Assembly: GCF_001194135.2 (NCBI RefSeq)
Contig: NC_068994.1
Span: 59,272,520 to 59,305,436, forward strand
Length of the DNA: 32,917 nucleotides
Direction of reading: 5' to 3'
From: Octopus bimaculoides
Lineage: Eukaryota
Of this stretch, positions 32,894-32,917 are shown piece after piece. The notes below the pieces were generated by a model, which made no database searches, was not told the origin of the DNA, and saw only the letters and a list, made by a program, of their open reading frames with translations. The translations under genes were made by a program, and so were the position numbers. Positions within the stretch are counted from its first letter, which is position 1. Each line of letters begins with the position of its first letter.

Positions 32894-32917
32894 TTTGCTT
32901 TTATAAAAACCTTGCAG
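32892..32917 (+). other. probable splice acceptor for the next CYP exon at the window edge
   Basis: CATTTGCTTTTATAAAAACCTTGCAG ends the window, downstream of the phase-2 donor at 32285. Cannot be confirmed without downstream sequence. Confidence 0.45.

Overview
AT-rich, repeat-dense animal genomic DNA. The SINE/LINE repertoire and microsatellite load suggest an octopod cephalopod (inference, no database search run). There are three assembly gaps (17953-18052, 25673-25772, 27547-27979). The one well-supported gene is a + strand clan-3 cytochrome P450 (CYP3A/TBXAS1-like). Five internal exons (27994-28090, 29253-29308, 30437-30533, 31829-31954, 32196-32284) splice into one open frame with vertebrate CYP3A intron phases. 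Its signal-anchor exon 1 is not visible, and the window ends on a probable acceptor for the next exon. The rest is mostly transposon debris: an internally deleted mariner, four R4/Dong-type LINE fragments next to (AAT)n tracts, RTE fragments, a Gypsy integrase with PPT and 3' LTR, a probable hAT-like fossil, DINE-1-like Helentron-associated elements, piggyBac-type MITEs and two tRNA-derived SINE families. I see no clear novel multi-gene system. The best leads are a possible spliced - strand transcript starting at a CpG-rich segment near 24.3-24.4 kb (divergent from the CYP), two long fold-back hairpins at 13.1-13.9 kb, and a stack of Dong-like 3' ends sharing a fixed-spacing 3' motif. Most ORFs in the supplied track are microsatellite or gap artefacts.
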